Below, piece by piece: positions 19,473 to 29,710 of a DNA stretch of 64,000 nucleotides. Source of the stretch: an uncultured Poribacteria bacterium (GTDB lineage Bacteria; Poribacteria; WGA-4E; WGA-3G); the NCBI GenBank assembly GCA_958296135.2, contig CATQHZ020000001.1:1280001-1344000 (forward strand). The letters are read 5' to 3'. Position 1 is the stretch's first letter, and every line of letters starts with the position of its first letter. The notes below the pieces were generated by a model. It did no database searches, had not been told where the DNA came from, and was given only the letters and a program-made list of their open reading frames with translations. Both the position numbers and the translations under genes were made by a program.

Positions 19473-20432
19473 TTAAGTTGCACCTATATGCTCCTTGGTA
19501 TAGCCAATCTCTTCGAGGCTTTTCTGGATGCGCTCAATTTCTGTCGGCGGCAATGGCCGGAGCGGCCGCCGCATCGTCATGGAGGGGAACCTGCCCATCA
19601 GCCAGCGCGCACACTTCATCCGTTGATGCGCGTCGCTACTCGGTTCGCCGAAGTTGTAAACGATACGTGCGAGCGCGTCGACTTGCTGGCGCGCTTTGCG
19701 GGCTCTGAGCAAATCGTTGTTGAGCGCGGCGTGAACTACGGCTACCATCAGTTCTGGGACGAACCCTGCGAAACCAATGAGTGCGCCGTCACTGCCCTCT
19801 AAAAGTGAGGCGAGCAGATATTCATCGTGGCAGGTGAGAATTGGGATGTGTGGTGCGGCTTCCTTCAGCTGCTCATAGTCCCACCGCCAGCGTGCCATAT
19901 CGCGCGTGCCCATTTTAATGCACACCACCTGCGGTATTTTTACCATCTCCAGCATTTCGTTGAGGCTGTAACTCGCCTTTGTCCATGCGGGGTATTGATG
20001 CACGATGGTGGGGATGTCCGCGCCTTCTGCCACGTCTTGAAAAAATCCGACAGCGGTTTCGGAGGTGCGGCCAAAGCGGATCCAGTGGTGTGCGGGCATG
20101 AGCAGGATGGCATCTGCGCCAGCCTCCTTTGCTGCGAGCGCGTCGTCAATTGCGGGTAGACTTCCCTCCGCGCTGACGCCGGAAACGACTTTCACCCGTT
20201 CGCCGACAGCCGCGGCAGTTATCTGTGTGACGCGCTGCCGTTCGTGTGGCCGAAGGGACATAATCTCGCCGGTGTGTCCGTTACAGACAACGCCTTTTAT
20301 CCCCGCAACGTCTGCGAGTTCCTGCATATAGAGACGTAATCCAGTTTCGTCAATGGATTCGTCTTCATGAAATGGACAGAGCGTCGCTGGAAATACGCCT
20401 GTCCATGGATGATGCTGCCAATTGAGATTCAT
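19473..20432 (-). CDS. Dihydrodipicolinate synthase family aldolase/lyase
   Basis: GVFPATLCPF, NGHTGE, EAGADAIL, Schiff-base lysine in VCIKMG. Confidence 0.88.
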   Translation of the reverse strand: MNLNWQHHPWTGVFPATLCPFHEDESIDETGLRLYMQELADVAGIKGVVCNGHTGEIMSLRPHERQRVTQITAAAVGERVKVVSGVSAEGSLPAIDDALAAKEAGADAILLMPAHHWIRFGRTSETAVGFFQDVAEGADIPTIVHQYPAWTKASYSLNEMLEMVKIPQVVCIKMGTRDMARWRWDYEQLKEAAPHIPILTCHDEYLLASLLEGSDGALIGFAGFVPELMVAVVHAALNNDLLRARKARQQVDALARIVYNFGEPSSDAHQRMKCARWLMGRFPSMTMRRPLRPLPPTEIERIQKSLEEIGYTKEHIGAT

Positions 20433-20517
20433 GGCGTATCAACCCTCCTAACAGAATTGCCTAATCTGTTCCAATTTTAACGTAAAATCCGATTTTAAGT
20501 CAAGAATAAAAAAATAC

Positions 20518-20546
20518 TTGCATCTGTTTTGGATAAGTGGTATAAT
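20518..20546 (+). promoter_or_regulatory. Sigma70-type promoter upstream of the ccm operon
   Basis: TTGCAT-17 nt-TATAAT with TG extension. Confidence 0.7.
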
Positions 20547-20803
20547 TGCATATAACATTTCCGTATGGACTTCATGAAAGAGGTTCTTGGCCATAAAGCT
20601 GTTCGGTGAAAATCGGGTACTGTGGCCGTCTCTAATGAAGTTTCAGTAGTGAATCGGATGTTTTTCGGAACGCGTGCAGGCATTGTAAGTGTAGAGTGGC
20701 GGATTTCTCTATCCGCCCGTTTCTATCGCAGAAAATTACCCGTTTATTTCCTGAATCTTCATGACAAACATTTTGGGTACCGAGCGAAATACAGGGGGCT
20801 TAC

Positions 20804-21247
20804 GTGAAACGGAAAAGAGTTAAAATCATTGCGGCGAGCGCGCTTCTGCTTATCGCAATGGCGTTTTTAGTGATAGCGGGCATTCAAAGCACAAGTGTGC
20901 GCCATTTTACGCCCGCGGGGCTCGTCGCGGCAGCGGACTCGCTGAACAATCAGCGGGTGCAAGTCGATGGGCTTATTTTGGAGGGGAGTTCTACCTGGGA
21001 TGCCGCCAACTTTGAGCTCACCTTTGCGGTGCGCGCCCGGGAGGGCAACGAAACCGTCAACGTGCTTTACGTCAAACGGCTTAAACCGGATAACTTCGTT
21101 GATGGCGGCAGCGTGTTTGTGGAAGGCAGGTACGATGCTGCGCAGAACCTCATCGTCGCGACGAAACTGATGACGAAGTGTGCTTCCAAATACGAGGCGG
21201 CAGATAGCGCGACACCGGGGCTCGTTACAGAAAGAGGTAAAAAATGA
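20804..21247 (+). CDS. ccmE: Cytochrome c maturation heme chaperone CcmE (CxxxY variant)
   Basis: N-terminal TM, KPDNF...VFVEG, LMTKCASKY. Confidence 0.9.
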   Translation: MKRKRVKIIAASALLLIAMAFLVIAGIQSTSVRHFTPAGLVAAADSLNNQRVQVDGLILEGSSTWDAANFELTFAVRAREGNETVNVLYVKRLKPDNFVDGGSVFVEGRYDAAQNLIVATKLMTKCASKYEAADSATPGLVTERGKK

Positions 21248-23253
21248 CAGCGGAAATCGGACAAGCTGCGATAGCTCTCTCAGTCCTCTCTGCCCTGTGG
21301 GCAATTGGGTTTCTCTGCGTCGGGTTACGCTTGAGGAACGCTAGAGCCGTGCAGAGCGGTAGGAACGCTGTCGCCGCGACGTTTTTCCTCACCTGTATCT
21401 CGACAGGTGCACTCATCTACGGGTTTGTGACGGACGATTTCTCCATGCGCTATGTCGTTGAGGTATCAAGTGCGGCCCAGCCGTTGCTCTATAAAATTAC
21501 GGCTCTTTGGGGGAGAATGTCCGGCTCTTTGCTTTTTTGGCTCTGGCTGCTCACCCTTTCTGGTGTGCTCGTGGTGTGGCAGAGTCGGAAGCACACCAGG
21601 GATAACCTCGCCGATTACGCGCTGGTGCCAATCGCCATCGTGCAGCTCTTTTTTATCCTATTGGTGACAGGCATCACTGACGGTGTCTATAATCCACTTG
21701 TCCGGTTTCCCGGTGGACAGGTGGCCCCCGATGGGCAAGGGATGAACCCGCTCCTTCAAACGCCGAGCATGGCGTTCCATCCGCCGACATTGTATATCGG
21801 TTGGATTAGCATGACGGTGCCGTTCGGTTTCGCGGTGGGCGCGCTCGCCTCCGGACACGTCGGAAGCAATTGGATACTCCGCTCCCGAAGATGGATGCTG
21901 TTCTCATGGATTATTTTGACTATTGGGATAACACTCGGCGGCAATTGGGCATATCGCGAACTGGGATGGGGGGGCTATTGGGCCTGGGATCCGGTTGAAA
22001 ATGCCTCCTTCATGCCGTGGCTCCTCGGCACCGCCTATCTGCACTCCGTGATGATTCAAGAGAAGCGGCACATGTTCAAGTTGTGGAATGTCCTCCTCAT
22101 TACGTTGGCGTTCCAATTCACGCTATTGGGCACTTTTATCACGCGAAGCGGCATTATTACTTCTGTTCACTCTTTTGCGCAATCGAACGTTGGCTGGTAT
22201 TTCCTCGGCTTCATTCTCGCTTCAACTGCCGGGGTTATCGCGCTCATTGTCTACCGGCGGGAACGGCTCAAAAGTGAAAACCGGCTGGAATCTCTCCTCT
22301 CGCGCGAGAGTGCTTTTGTGCTGAACAATTGGCTGTTCGTCGGCTTGACGCTGATTATTCTCTGGGGCACGTTGTGGCCGATTCTCTCCGAAGCGATTAA
22401 CGGCGAGAAGGCATCCGTGCCTGAGGCGTTTTTCAACCAAGTGGTTATCATCCCCGGTCTGCTGCTCCTCTTCTTGACAGGAGCCGGTCCGATTATCTCG
22501 TGGAAGAAATTGACACCGAACAATTTCCGCCGGATGTTTGTCTCTCCTCTCGGTATCGGTGTGATTGCGGGTGCGTTGACGTGGGGATTTCTCGCGTGGC
22601 GCGGCAATCCGATGCCGATTTACTCGGTGCTTTGTAGTTTCGCCGCGGTTTTCGTGCTGGCGGCAATTTTTAGCGAATTTTATCGCGGTGCGAAGCTGCG
22701 TGCCAAACGACAGGAAGGTTCCTTCTTCGATGGCTTGACGCGCCTCGTGATGCGAAACAAACGCCGATACGGTGGTTATATCGTCCACATCGGCATTGTC
22801 ATCCTCTATATCGGCATCATGGGCTCCAAAGGTTATTTCCTGCTGGAATCCGACGGATTGAAACTCGGCGAATCGATGCAGGTAGGCACCTTCAATCTCA
22901 CGATGAAAGACTGGTTTCAGGAGCGGCATGCGAACTACGCGCGCGCTGGCGTGGTATTTGACGTTGAAAAGAACGGCAGACCGCTCGGCGAGATGAAGCC
23001 GGCGCGCCACTACTACGAGAAAACCGGGCAAGGCGAAACGGATACCATTGAGTCTGCTATCCGCCATTTCGGTGCAAATGACCTTTACATTGCTCTCGGT
23101 GATCTACCGCCGAATATTGATAACGGCGGCATCGTGAACGTTCAGGTTTATCACAACCCGCTCATCAATGTTGTCTGGCTCGGCGTTGCGGTGATGGTGC
23201 TAGGCGGCCTTGTCGCTATCGCGGAGAAACATCAACCCAAACCAGAGGAATAA
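21244..23253 (+). CDS. ccmF: Heme lyase CcmF
   Basis: WWD motif WAYRELGWGGYWAWDPVENASFMPW; GMNPLLQ, FHPP, SVHSF. Confidence 0.96.
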   Translation: MTAEIGQAAIALSVLSALWAIGFLCVGLRLRNARAVQSGRNAVAATFFLTCISTGALIYGFVTDDFSMRYVVEVSSAAQPLLYKITALWGRMSGSLLFWLWLLTLSGVLVVWQSRKHTRDNLADYALVPIAIVQLFFILLVTGITDGVYNPLVRFPGGQVAPDGQGMNPLLQTPSMAFHPPTLYIGWISMTVPFGFAVGALASGHVGSNWILRSRRWMLFSWIILTIGITLGGNWAYRELGWGGYWAWDPVENASFMPWLLGTAYLHSVMIQEKRHMFKLWNVLLITLAFQFTLLGTFITRSGIITSVHSFAQSNVGWYFLGFILASTAGVIALIVYRRERLKSENRLESLLSRESAFVLNNWLFVGLTLIILWGTLWPILSEAINGEKASVPEAFFNQVVIIPGLLLLFLTGAGPIISWKKLTPNNFRRMFVSPLGIGVIAGALTWGFLAWRGNPMPIYSVLCSFAAVFVLAAIFSEFYRGAKLRAKRQEGSFFDGLTRLVMRNKRRYGGYIVHIGIVILYIGIMGSKGYFLLESDGLKLGESMQVGTFNLTMKDWFQERHANYARAGVVFDVEKNGRPLGEMKPARHYYEKTGQGETDTIESAIRHFGANDLYIALGDLPPNIDNGGIVNVQVYHNPLINVVWLGVAVMVLGGLVAIAEKHQPKPEE

Positions 23254-23256
23254 AGC

Positions 23257-23817
23257 ATGTTTTTCGTATGCGCGCGAAACGTTCGGCGAACGGTATTTGG
23301 TTCGCCAATCTCTCTTTCCCAGGGCAGCTCGCGACGTTGGCACAAGCCGGGTATTTGGTTATTCTATCTCGTCCTCGCTTTCGCCACCGCTGTCCCCGGC
23401 GCGCGAGGCGACTCCTCATTTGATTCACAATTGGATGAACTGATGAGTAGTGTCTACTGCTACTGCGGGTGTGTCAAGGAGACAATCCAGGTCTGTGTGT
23501 GTGGCACTGCGGTGGCGGTTGAAGCCGATTTCCGCGGGCGTTTGAACGCGGGCGAAACTGTCGGGCAGATTCGCGCGGATTACCTTGAAACTTACGGGCC
23601 CCAGTTTTATGCGCTCATGCCTGCGGAGGGCATCAATCTGATTGCCTACATTGCGCCGGCCGTCATTCTTATCCTGATTGGCGGCGTTGCCCTCGCCATT
23701 CTCTTGAAGCTGAGAAAGCCGAAGGTTGCGACGGAGCAGCCGCGTTCTACCCAGGTTTCCGATGCCGCTGTTGAACAGATTGAGGCGGAATTGGAAAAAT
23801 ATAAGCAGGAAAAGTGA
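23257..23817 (+). CDS. ccmH: CcmH/NrfF-like protein (start uncertain)
   Basis: CYCGC...CVC, LNAGETVGQIRADYLETYG, C-terminal TM; follows ccmF. Confidence 0.75.
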   Translation: MFFVCARNVRRTVFGSPISLSQGSSRRWHKPGIWLFYLVLAFATAVPGARGDSSFDSQLDELMSSVYCYCGCVKETIQVCVCGTAVAVEADFRGRLNAGETVGQIRADYLETYGPQFYALMPAEGINLIAYIAPAVILILIGGVALAILLKLRKPKVATEQPRSTQVSDAAVEQIEAELEKYKQEK

Positions 23818-23830
23818 TAGGAGTTCCATA

Positions 23831-24169
23831 ATGTCCCTACTCGTCCTCTTATGGATGATAATCCTCGGCATCGTGCTTTTGGTATATTTGGCGTATCCGC
23901 TATTCTCGAAAACGCCAGCGCAACCTATGGAGCTTGAACCGGGCGAAGCACGCGTGCAAACCCTCTTGCTGGAACGCGAACGCAGCTACGCCGCTTTGGC
24001 AGAACTTGATGAGGACTACGAGACCGGCAAACTCTCTGAAGCGGATTATCGGGAGTTACGCGCCGCCCTCTTACAAGAGACTGCGCACGTCATCCAGCAA
24101 CTTGAAACCAATGCTAAAGCAGATGTTGAAGCAGAAATTGAACGATTCAAACGGCAGAAACGCGGATAA
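23831..24169 (+). CDS. CcmI N-terminal-like membrane protein
   Basis: TM helix then LAELDEDYETGKLSEADYRELR; AGGAG SD before ATG 23831. Confidence 0.7.
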   Translation: MSLLVLLWMIILGIVLLVYLAYPLFSKTPAQPMELEPGEARVQTLLLERERSYAALAELDEDYETGKLSEADYRELRAALLQETAHVIQQLETNAKADVEAEIERFKRQKRG

Positions 24170-24174
24170 GGAAC

Positions 24175-25515
24175 ATGTCTCATTTAGTCTTGACAGAGCC
24201 CCTAACAACGTATTCGGTAGGCGCGTTTTGGAAACGCGCTAGCATCGCGATAGCCGCACTTCTCATTTGCGTGACATACGCCCACGCCGAAGTCGGCTAC
24301 ATCCACGGCAAACTTACGGACAAAAAGTTGGATAAACCGCTTGCCGCTCACCCTGTAACCCTCAGTGTGCATCGAGCGGATACCGTTGAAACGCAGGATA
24401 CGGTAACCGATGAGAGCGGAAACTATCGCTTCGATGGGTTACCCGTTGACCCGAGTGTCCACTATACTGTAGCTACCAGTGACGAAGGCTCTGAATACGT
24501 GGAGAAGGACCTGGTTTTGTCCACATGGGCACCGAATCTCACGGTTAACATTGACATTGGTGCGCTGAGCGATGACCGGTCGAAAATTCGGATTAAAGCA
24601 CACACGCTTGTCATCGGACCGCCGCCCGAAGGCCACGCGCCAGATGGCGCGGTGAGTATCATGGAGGGGCTGCAGGTTGAAAATCAGAACGATTTACCGT
24701 TCCAAACGGTGCACGATACGCAACCGGTCGGCCTGCATTTAGGACTGCCGCGCGGCTATGAAGGGTTTCAGAGCCGCACGTCACACGAGCTCTCTGTCAG
24801 CTCGAAAACCAATCAGATTATGATGACAACGCCTTTGCCCCCGGGGCAGTTGAAATTCGGTTACTCCTACATTTTGCATGTTGAGGATTCTGGGCTAGAT
24901 TTGTCCCGACTCCTCCATTTTGGCACGGAGCAGCTCTACATTTTTGTGCCGGAGGCGTTCAACTTCCGTCCGCAATCCAAGCGGTTTAGCGAGGAGCGGC
25001 GCGAAGCGATTCACAACGTGATTTACATGATTTACAACAATCCGAAGGATGAACCGTTTCCGGTGGGTGCGCGGCCTGACTTGAAGTTGACACTCGGCGC
25101 GGGTAGTCAAGAGACATCGGCAGACCTCGGGCAGATGGCACTTATCGCGGTTGCTGCGGCATTAGCGGGTGGATTTTTCGTCGCCGCGCTCTTCAAACTC
25201 CGCGATGCCAACCGCAGTGATACAACGAGCGAAGACGATACGCAGGAGAGGGCGGAACCGGATTCAGGCTGGCTTGGGAAGCTCAACGATGAAGACTTGG
25301 AGCATGTCCGAGTCGCGAGACTTGAGTTTATCACCTATCTTGATGACGCGCGTGAAAATCAGCGCGTCTCGGAACGGGTTTACAACCGATTGCGCCGCGA
25401 GCAGACTGAACGTCTCAGTGCAACCCTCTCGCAGCGCAAAGAGCGGGGATTAGAGTCATTGGAAGGGGTAGGAGAGACTGCCCGGTCCCCACACTCATAC
25501 AAAAGAAAGGAATGA
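24175..25515 (+). CDS. Exported, membrane-anchored protein with carboxypeptidase-regulatory-like beta domain
   Basis: Signal peptide (..TYAHA), TVTDESGNYRFDGL, C-terminal TM; within ccm operon. Confidence 0.7.
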   Translation: MSHLVLTEPLTTYSVGAFWKRASIAIAALLICVTYAHAEVGYIHGKLTDKKLDKPLAAHPVTLSVHRADTVETQDTVTDESGNYRFDGLPVDPSVHYTVATSDEGSEYVEKDLVLSTWAPNLTVNIDIGALSDDRSKIRIKAHTLVIGPPPEGHAPDGAVSIMEGLQVENQNDLPFQTVHDTQPVGLHLGLPRGYEGFQSRTSHELSVSSKTNQIMMTTPLPPGQLKFGYSYILHVEDSGLDLSRLLHFGTEQLYIFVPEAFNFRPQSKRFSEERREAIHNVIYMIYNNPKDEPFPVGARPDLKLTLGAGSQETSADLGQMALIAVAAALAGGFFVAALFKLRDANRSDTTSEDDTQERAEPDSGWLGKLNDEDLEHVRVARLEFITYLDDARENQRVSERVYNRLRREQTERLSATLSQRKERGLESLEGVGETARSPHSYKRKE

Positions 25516-25516
25516 G

Positions 25517-25912
25517 ATGGCTGGAAACCACCAGATCGCAGAATTGATTGTCATGTTGGGGCACATGGATGCAGACGTGCGGCATGCCGCGGCGGCAGCA
25601 TTGGTTGCCATCGGCAAGCCGGCGGTTCCGCAGCTCATCGATGTGCTTACCCAAGAGTGCTGGCACATGGCTGGCTATGGTGCCGAATTCTTCTCGCACG
25701 TTGAAGATTCCGCTATTCCTATCTACATGGAGCAGATGGCGAATCAGGCATCCGAGGTCTTGGCGCGAATGGGCGAATTGACGGTGCCTGCGCTGACGGC
25801 AGAGCTCACGCGCGCCGAACGCCAATTCTCGGCGTGGTATTACAAACACGCGTTCCCGGAGCAGACCGGAAACCTCATCGCCATTTTGGCGTACGTCAAA
25901 AAGGGGGAATGA
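25517..25912 (+). CDS. HEAT/PBS-lyase repeat protein, short
   Basis: DADVRHAAAAALVAIGKPAVPQLIDVL. Confidence 0.75.
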   Translation: MAGNHQIAELIVMLGHMDADVRHAAAAALVAIGKPAVPQLIDVLTQECWHMAGYGAEFFSHVEDSAIPIYMEQMANQASEVLARMGELTVPALTAELTRAERQFSAWYYKHAFPEQTGNLIAILAYVKKGE

Positions 25913-26512
25913 ATGCACAGCCCGGTTACCGACTTGATTGACGATTTATCAGACCTGGACGACGACGTGCGCGATGCCGCGAAGGCTGAATTGATTGCCA
26001 TCGGCGAAGTTGCTATCCCCGTGCTCATTGAGACTCTCGCCGAGAACCTCTGGGATATTTCCGACCAGGCGGCCGATGCATTGGCACAGATAGGCAGCCC
26101 TGCCGTGGAACCACTCATGGAGCGGTTGCAAACTGTCGGGCGGCACCATGCGCTCTGTATCAGCGCGACCCTCGCTCGGATTGGCGCGCCTGCCGTTCCT
26201 GCGCTGACAGCGGCGTTGTCGGATATTGACGAAGAAGTTCGCGAATATGTCGTTCGCGCGTTCAGTTCCATGGGAGCGGATGCTGTTGGCGCGTTGCCTG
26301 CACTTATCCACGCCTTAAGCGATCCTTCCGAAGAAGTTTGCACTTATGCTGCCTACGCGCTCGCCAACATCGGGGAACCGGCTGCGGCAGCAGTCCCGGC
26401 CCTCACCGAGAAACTCGCGGACGACTCAGAACGTGTGCAGCACCATGCTGTTTTCGCGTTAGAAAGAATCGGCACGCCAGCGGCATTAGAGGCACTCAAG
26501 ACGTTAGTTTAA
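25913..26512 (+). CDS. HEAT/PBS-lyase repeat protein
   Basis: Repeated VR..AA.AL..IG.PAVPAL units. Confidence 0.9.
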   Translation: MHSPVTDLIDDLSDLDDDVRDAAKAELIAIGEVAIPVLIETLAENLWDISDQAADALAQIGSPAVEPLMERLQTVGRHHALCISATLARIGAPAVPALTAALSDIDEEVREYVVRAFSSMGADAVGALPALIHALSDPSEEVCTYAAYALANIGEPAAAAVPALTEKLADDSERVQHHAVFALERIGTPAALEALKTLV

Positions 26513-26632
26513 GAGGACACCGCTATAAACCGTGGGGCGCGGGCCCGGCGCGCGCGAATCGGCGAGGGTTTCCCTCGCCAAGTTTCAATTTTGGGCGAAA
26601 ATTGACGCTTTCGGGATGCATTGAAAAAAAAT

Positions 26633-26661
26633 TTGAAATCGCGATGAAAATGTGGTATAAT
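26633..26661 (+). promoter_or_regulatory. Sigma70-type promoter of the oxidoreductase operon
   Basis: TTGAAA-17 nt-TATAAT with TG extension in an AT-rich intergenic region. Confidence 0.7.
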
Positions 26662-26871
26662 TAATGAAAGTAACATGTTTTTAAGGTTATGCATAATGAA
26701 AAAGGTGAAAAGTTAACAAACGATTTCAGTTGATATGTTTCACCCACTCTGGCGGGCGGTTCCTGTTTTCAACCGCTTGTTCGGAGTAGCATACAAAGGC
26801 CCTATCGGCGTGCCAGCGTTATCTTGTGATGACGGCCGCGCGCGTCGAAAATTCTTATGAAGGGAGCCAAG

Positions 26872-28653
26872 ATGGCAAATTACGACTTTGTAATCGCTGT
26901 AGGTGGCGCGCCCGGCCAGGGGATAGATACGGTTGGTAAAAGCATGAGCCAAATCTGTGCTCGGCACGGCCTGCACGTCTACACCTATAGTGCTTATCAA
27001 TCTATCATCCGCGGCGGACACACCTTCCTCACCGTCAGAATCAGTTCCGAACCGGTGGCTAACCACGGCGACAAGATCGATTTGATTATCGCACTGGACC
27101 GGAACAGTCTGGAGAAACATCTCCCCCACGTCGCACCCGGCGGCGCGATTATCTATAACAGCGACGATGTCAAGCAGGCACCGGAACGCGACGACATTCA
27201 GCTGTGCCCCATCTCCTACAAAGAGCTGTCGGATAACACCGACCGGAAGAAGTTGATGCTGAATATCTGCATGTTCGGTGTGGCTTTGAAAATGGTAGGT
27301 GGTGATTTGAAGGTGCTTGAGGACATCATTGTTCTCACGTTCCTGAAGCGCAAGGGACAAGCGATGACGGACGCGAACCTGTCTGTGGCGCGGGCTGGTT
27401 ACAATTATGCTGCGGCGCATTTTACGTCGTTTGCGGCACAATTTACGAAGCATGAGCCGCTCGCCTTCGTTGATGGCAATTCGGCGATGGCGATGGGCGG
27501 GGCAGCCGCGGGTGTCAAATTTTACTGTGCCTACCCGATGAGCCCCTCCACCGGTGTCCTGAAATGGATGGCGGACAATGCCCGCGACTTGAACATCATG
27601 GTGCGGCAGTGCGAGGACGAGATCAGCGTTATCAACATGGTTATCGGTGCTGCGCACGCCGGGTGCCGCGCGATGTGTGCAACCTCCGGCGGTGGATTCG
27701 CCCTGATGACGGAGGCAATCGGCAGCGCGGGGATGATGGAGATTCCCCTCGTCGTCATTAATGTCCAGCGCGGCGGCCCCTCCACCGGTTTGCCGACGAA
27801 AACTGAACAGGGCGATCTGTGGCAGATTCTCGGTGCCAGCCAAGGCGATTTCCCGAAAATCATCGTTGCACCGACGAGTATCATGGATGGGTTTGACACG
27901 ATTCCCGAACTCTTCAATCTTGTCGATAAGTTTCAATGCCCCGGTATGGTGCTTTCCGACTTGACTCTCTCGATGGGCTTCTCGACGTTCAGTCCGGATT
28001 CTATCAATTGGCAGCCGGAAATCGACCGGGGTGAATTGATAACCGGTGCTGCCCAAACCAACGGTGATTATCGGCGGTATCTGATTACCGACAGCGGGAT
28101 TTCGCCGCGCGCCCTCCCCGGCACCCCAGACCACGTCCATGTCGTTGCTACCGATGACCACGATGAAGATGGTGGGCTGATCAGTGACGAATTTACCGAT
28201 CCGCACAAGCGTCGCGACATCATGGAGAAACGGCAGCGGAAGATGGATGGCATCGCGGCGCTCCTACCGCCGCCGACGTTGGAAGGGCCCGAAGATGCGG
28301 AGATTACACTTGTCGGATGGGGCTCCACGCATAGCGTCATCAGCGAAGCAGCGCAGGCACTCACTGAATCGGGGCTTCCGACGAATCACATCCATTTCAA
28401 GTGGCTCTACCCGATGAATGAAGACATGGTGGACGCGTTGCTTGACAAGGCTGCGCATGCTATTGTCGTTGAGTGCAATTACACGGGACAATTCGCGCGG
28501 TTTCTGCGCGGTGAAACCGGCTTTCAGGCGGATGGCCACATCCGGAAGTATGATGGTGAGCCGTTCATGCCGCATCACATCGTTGATGGTGCGCGTGAGC
28601 TCTTCGGTGGCAAGCCGGGTGTCTATGTTCCGTATCAGGAGATTGTCGTTTAA
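26872..28653 (+). CDS. korA: 2-oxoacid:ferredoxin oxidoreductase alpha subunit (gamma-alpha fusion)
   Basis: GGAPGQGI, IRGGHT, YPMSPST, QCEDEI, ATSGGGFALM, QRGGPSTGLPTKTEQGD. Confidence 0.92.
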   Translation: MANYDFVIAVGGAPGQGIDTVGKSMSQICARHGLHVYTYSAYQSIIRGGHTFLTVRISSEPVANHGDKIDLIIALDRNSLEKHLPHVAPGGAIIYNSDDVKQAPERDDIQLCPISYKELSDNTDRKKLMLNICMFGVALKMVGGDLKVLEDIIVLTFLKRKGQAMTDANLSVARAGYNYAAAHFTSFAAQFTKHEPLAFVDGNSAMAMGGAAAGVKFYCAYPMSPSTGVLKWMADNARDLNIMVRQCEDEISVINMVIGAAHAGCRAMCATSGGGFALMTEAIGSAGMMEIPLVVINVQRGGPSTGLPTKTEQGDLWQILGASQGDFPKIIVAPTSIMDGFDTIPELFNLVDKFQCPGMVLSDLTLSMGFSTFSPDSINWQPEIDRGELITGAAQTNGDYRRYLITDSGISPRALPGTPDHVHVVATDDHDEDGGLISDEFTDPHKRRDIMEKRQRKMDGIAALLPPPTLEGPEDAEITLVGWGSTHSVISEAAQALTESGLPTNHIHFKWLYPMNEDMVDALLDKAAHAIVVECNYTGQFARFLRGETGFQADGHIRKYDGEPFMPHHIVDGARELFGGKPGVYVPYQEIVV

Positions 28654-28662
28654 TAAAGGAGG

Positions 28663-29586
28663 ATGAATCAGATGGCGAAACGTGAAAGAAGAACGCGGGT
28701 GAAAGAGAGACCTGTTGTCGGTGCGCCTACGGCGAAAGACTTCGCAAGTGATACGCGTCCGGACTGGTGTCCTCAGTGCGGCGATTTCGGTGTGCTGCGC
28801 GCGCTCCAAACGGCTTATGCGAAGAGCGGGCGCGGCAACCATGAGCATCTCACCGTGAGCGGTATTGGATGCTCATCAAACCTCCCGGGCTATGTCCGGA
28901 CGTATGGGATGCATACGTTGCACGGCCGTTCCCTTGCCGTGGCGACTGGCGCGAAACTAGCGAATCACGAGATGAACGTCGTCGTCACCGGCGGAGATGG
29001 AGACGGGTACGGTATCGGCGGCAACCATTTCGTTCACACGATGCGGAAGAACGTCGATCTGCTCTATGTCGTGATGAACAATCAGATTTATGGGTTGACT
29101 GTCGGGCAGGCTTCGCCGACGAGTCTTGTCGGTATGAAGACTTACAGTACGCCGTTCGGCAACGTTGAGGAGCCGATTAACCCGATTGCGATGGCCATCG
29201 TGGCCGGTGCGACGTATGTTGCGAGAGGGTTCAGCGGTAACCCAAGGCAACTGACAGACCTGATGTATAACGGCATGCAGCACAAGGGATTTGCCCTCAT
29301 TGACGTGTTTAGTCCCTGCGTCACGTTCAATAAGGACAATACCTTTGCCTTCTTTAAACCGCGCGTTCAGGAGCTTCCGGCATCCCACGATGTGTCTGAT
29401 AAGGCGGCTGCGCTGGAGGAGGCTGTCAAGTGGGGGGATGAGATTCCGATTGGCTTGTTCTATCAGGATACGGAACGGCCCTCGCTGGAGCAGATGGAGC
29501 CCGTTTTGGAAAATGGCCCGATGGCTCACCAGCCTCTCGGCATTACTAAGGAGCAAGGCGAGGCGGTTATCCGCCGTCTGATGTAG
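28663..29586 (+). CDS. korB: 2-oxoacid:ferredoxin oxidoreductase beta subunit
   Basis: WCPQCGD, SGIGCSS, TPP-binding GGDGD...NNQIYGLT, SPCVTFN. Confidence 0.93.
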   Translation: MNQMAKRERRTRVKERPVVGAPTAKDFASDTRPDWCPQCGDFGVLRALQTAYAKSGRGNHEHLTVSGIGCSSNLPGYVRTYGMHTLHGRSLAVATGAKLANHEMNVVVTGGDGDGYGIGGNHFVHTMRKNVDLLYVVMNNQIYGLTVGQASPTSLVGMKTYSTPFGNVEEPINPIAMAIVAGATYVARGFSGNPRQLTDLMYNGMQHKGFALIDVFSPCVTFNKDNTFAFFKPRVQELPASHDVSDKAAALEEAVKWGDEIPIGLFYQDTERPSLEQMEPVLENGPMAHQPLGITKEQGEAVIRRLM

Positions 29587-29648
29587 CGGCATGCCTTGCG
29601 AGCGCGGGCGGATGTCGTTTTTATTCGTTCGCGCATTTGAACTATCGG

Positions 29649-29682
29649 ACAGGCGGATGGCTATTCCTATCCGCCTGTTTCT
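29649..29682 (+). terminator. Possible terminator hairpin after korB
   Basis: ACAGGCGGAT-10 nt-ATCCGCCTGT followed by a short T run. Confidence 0.35.
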
Positions 29683-29710
29683 GTGTACTTACCCATTTCG
29701 GGGTTTCCCT

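Noticed and set aside
21968-21974. G7 run in ccmF as a phase-variable tract
   Set aside because: In frame and dictated by the conserved WGG motif; serves as a control that not all G runs are frameshifted
26700-26745. Rex/FNR-like operator upstream of korA (GGTGAAAAGTTAACAA)
   Set aside because: Half-site spacing and sequence match the consensus too poorly to call
26740-28206. 488-aa minus-strand ORF
   Set aside because: Antisense shadow of korA; no motifs, typical of GC-rich codon bias
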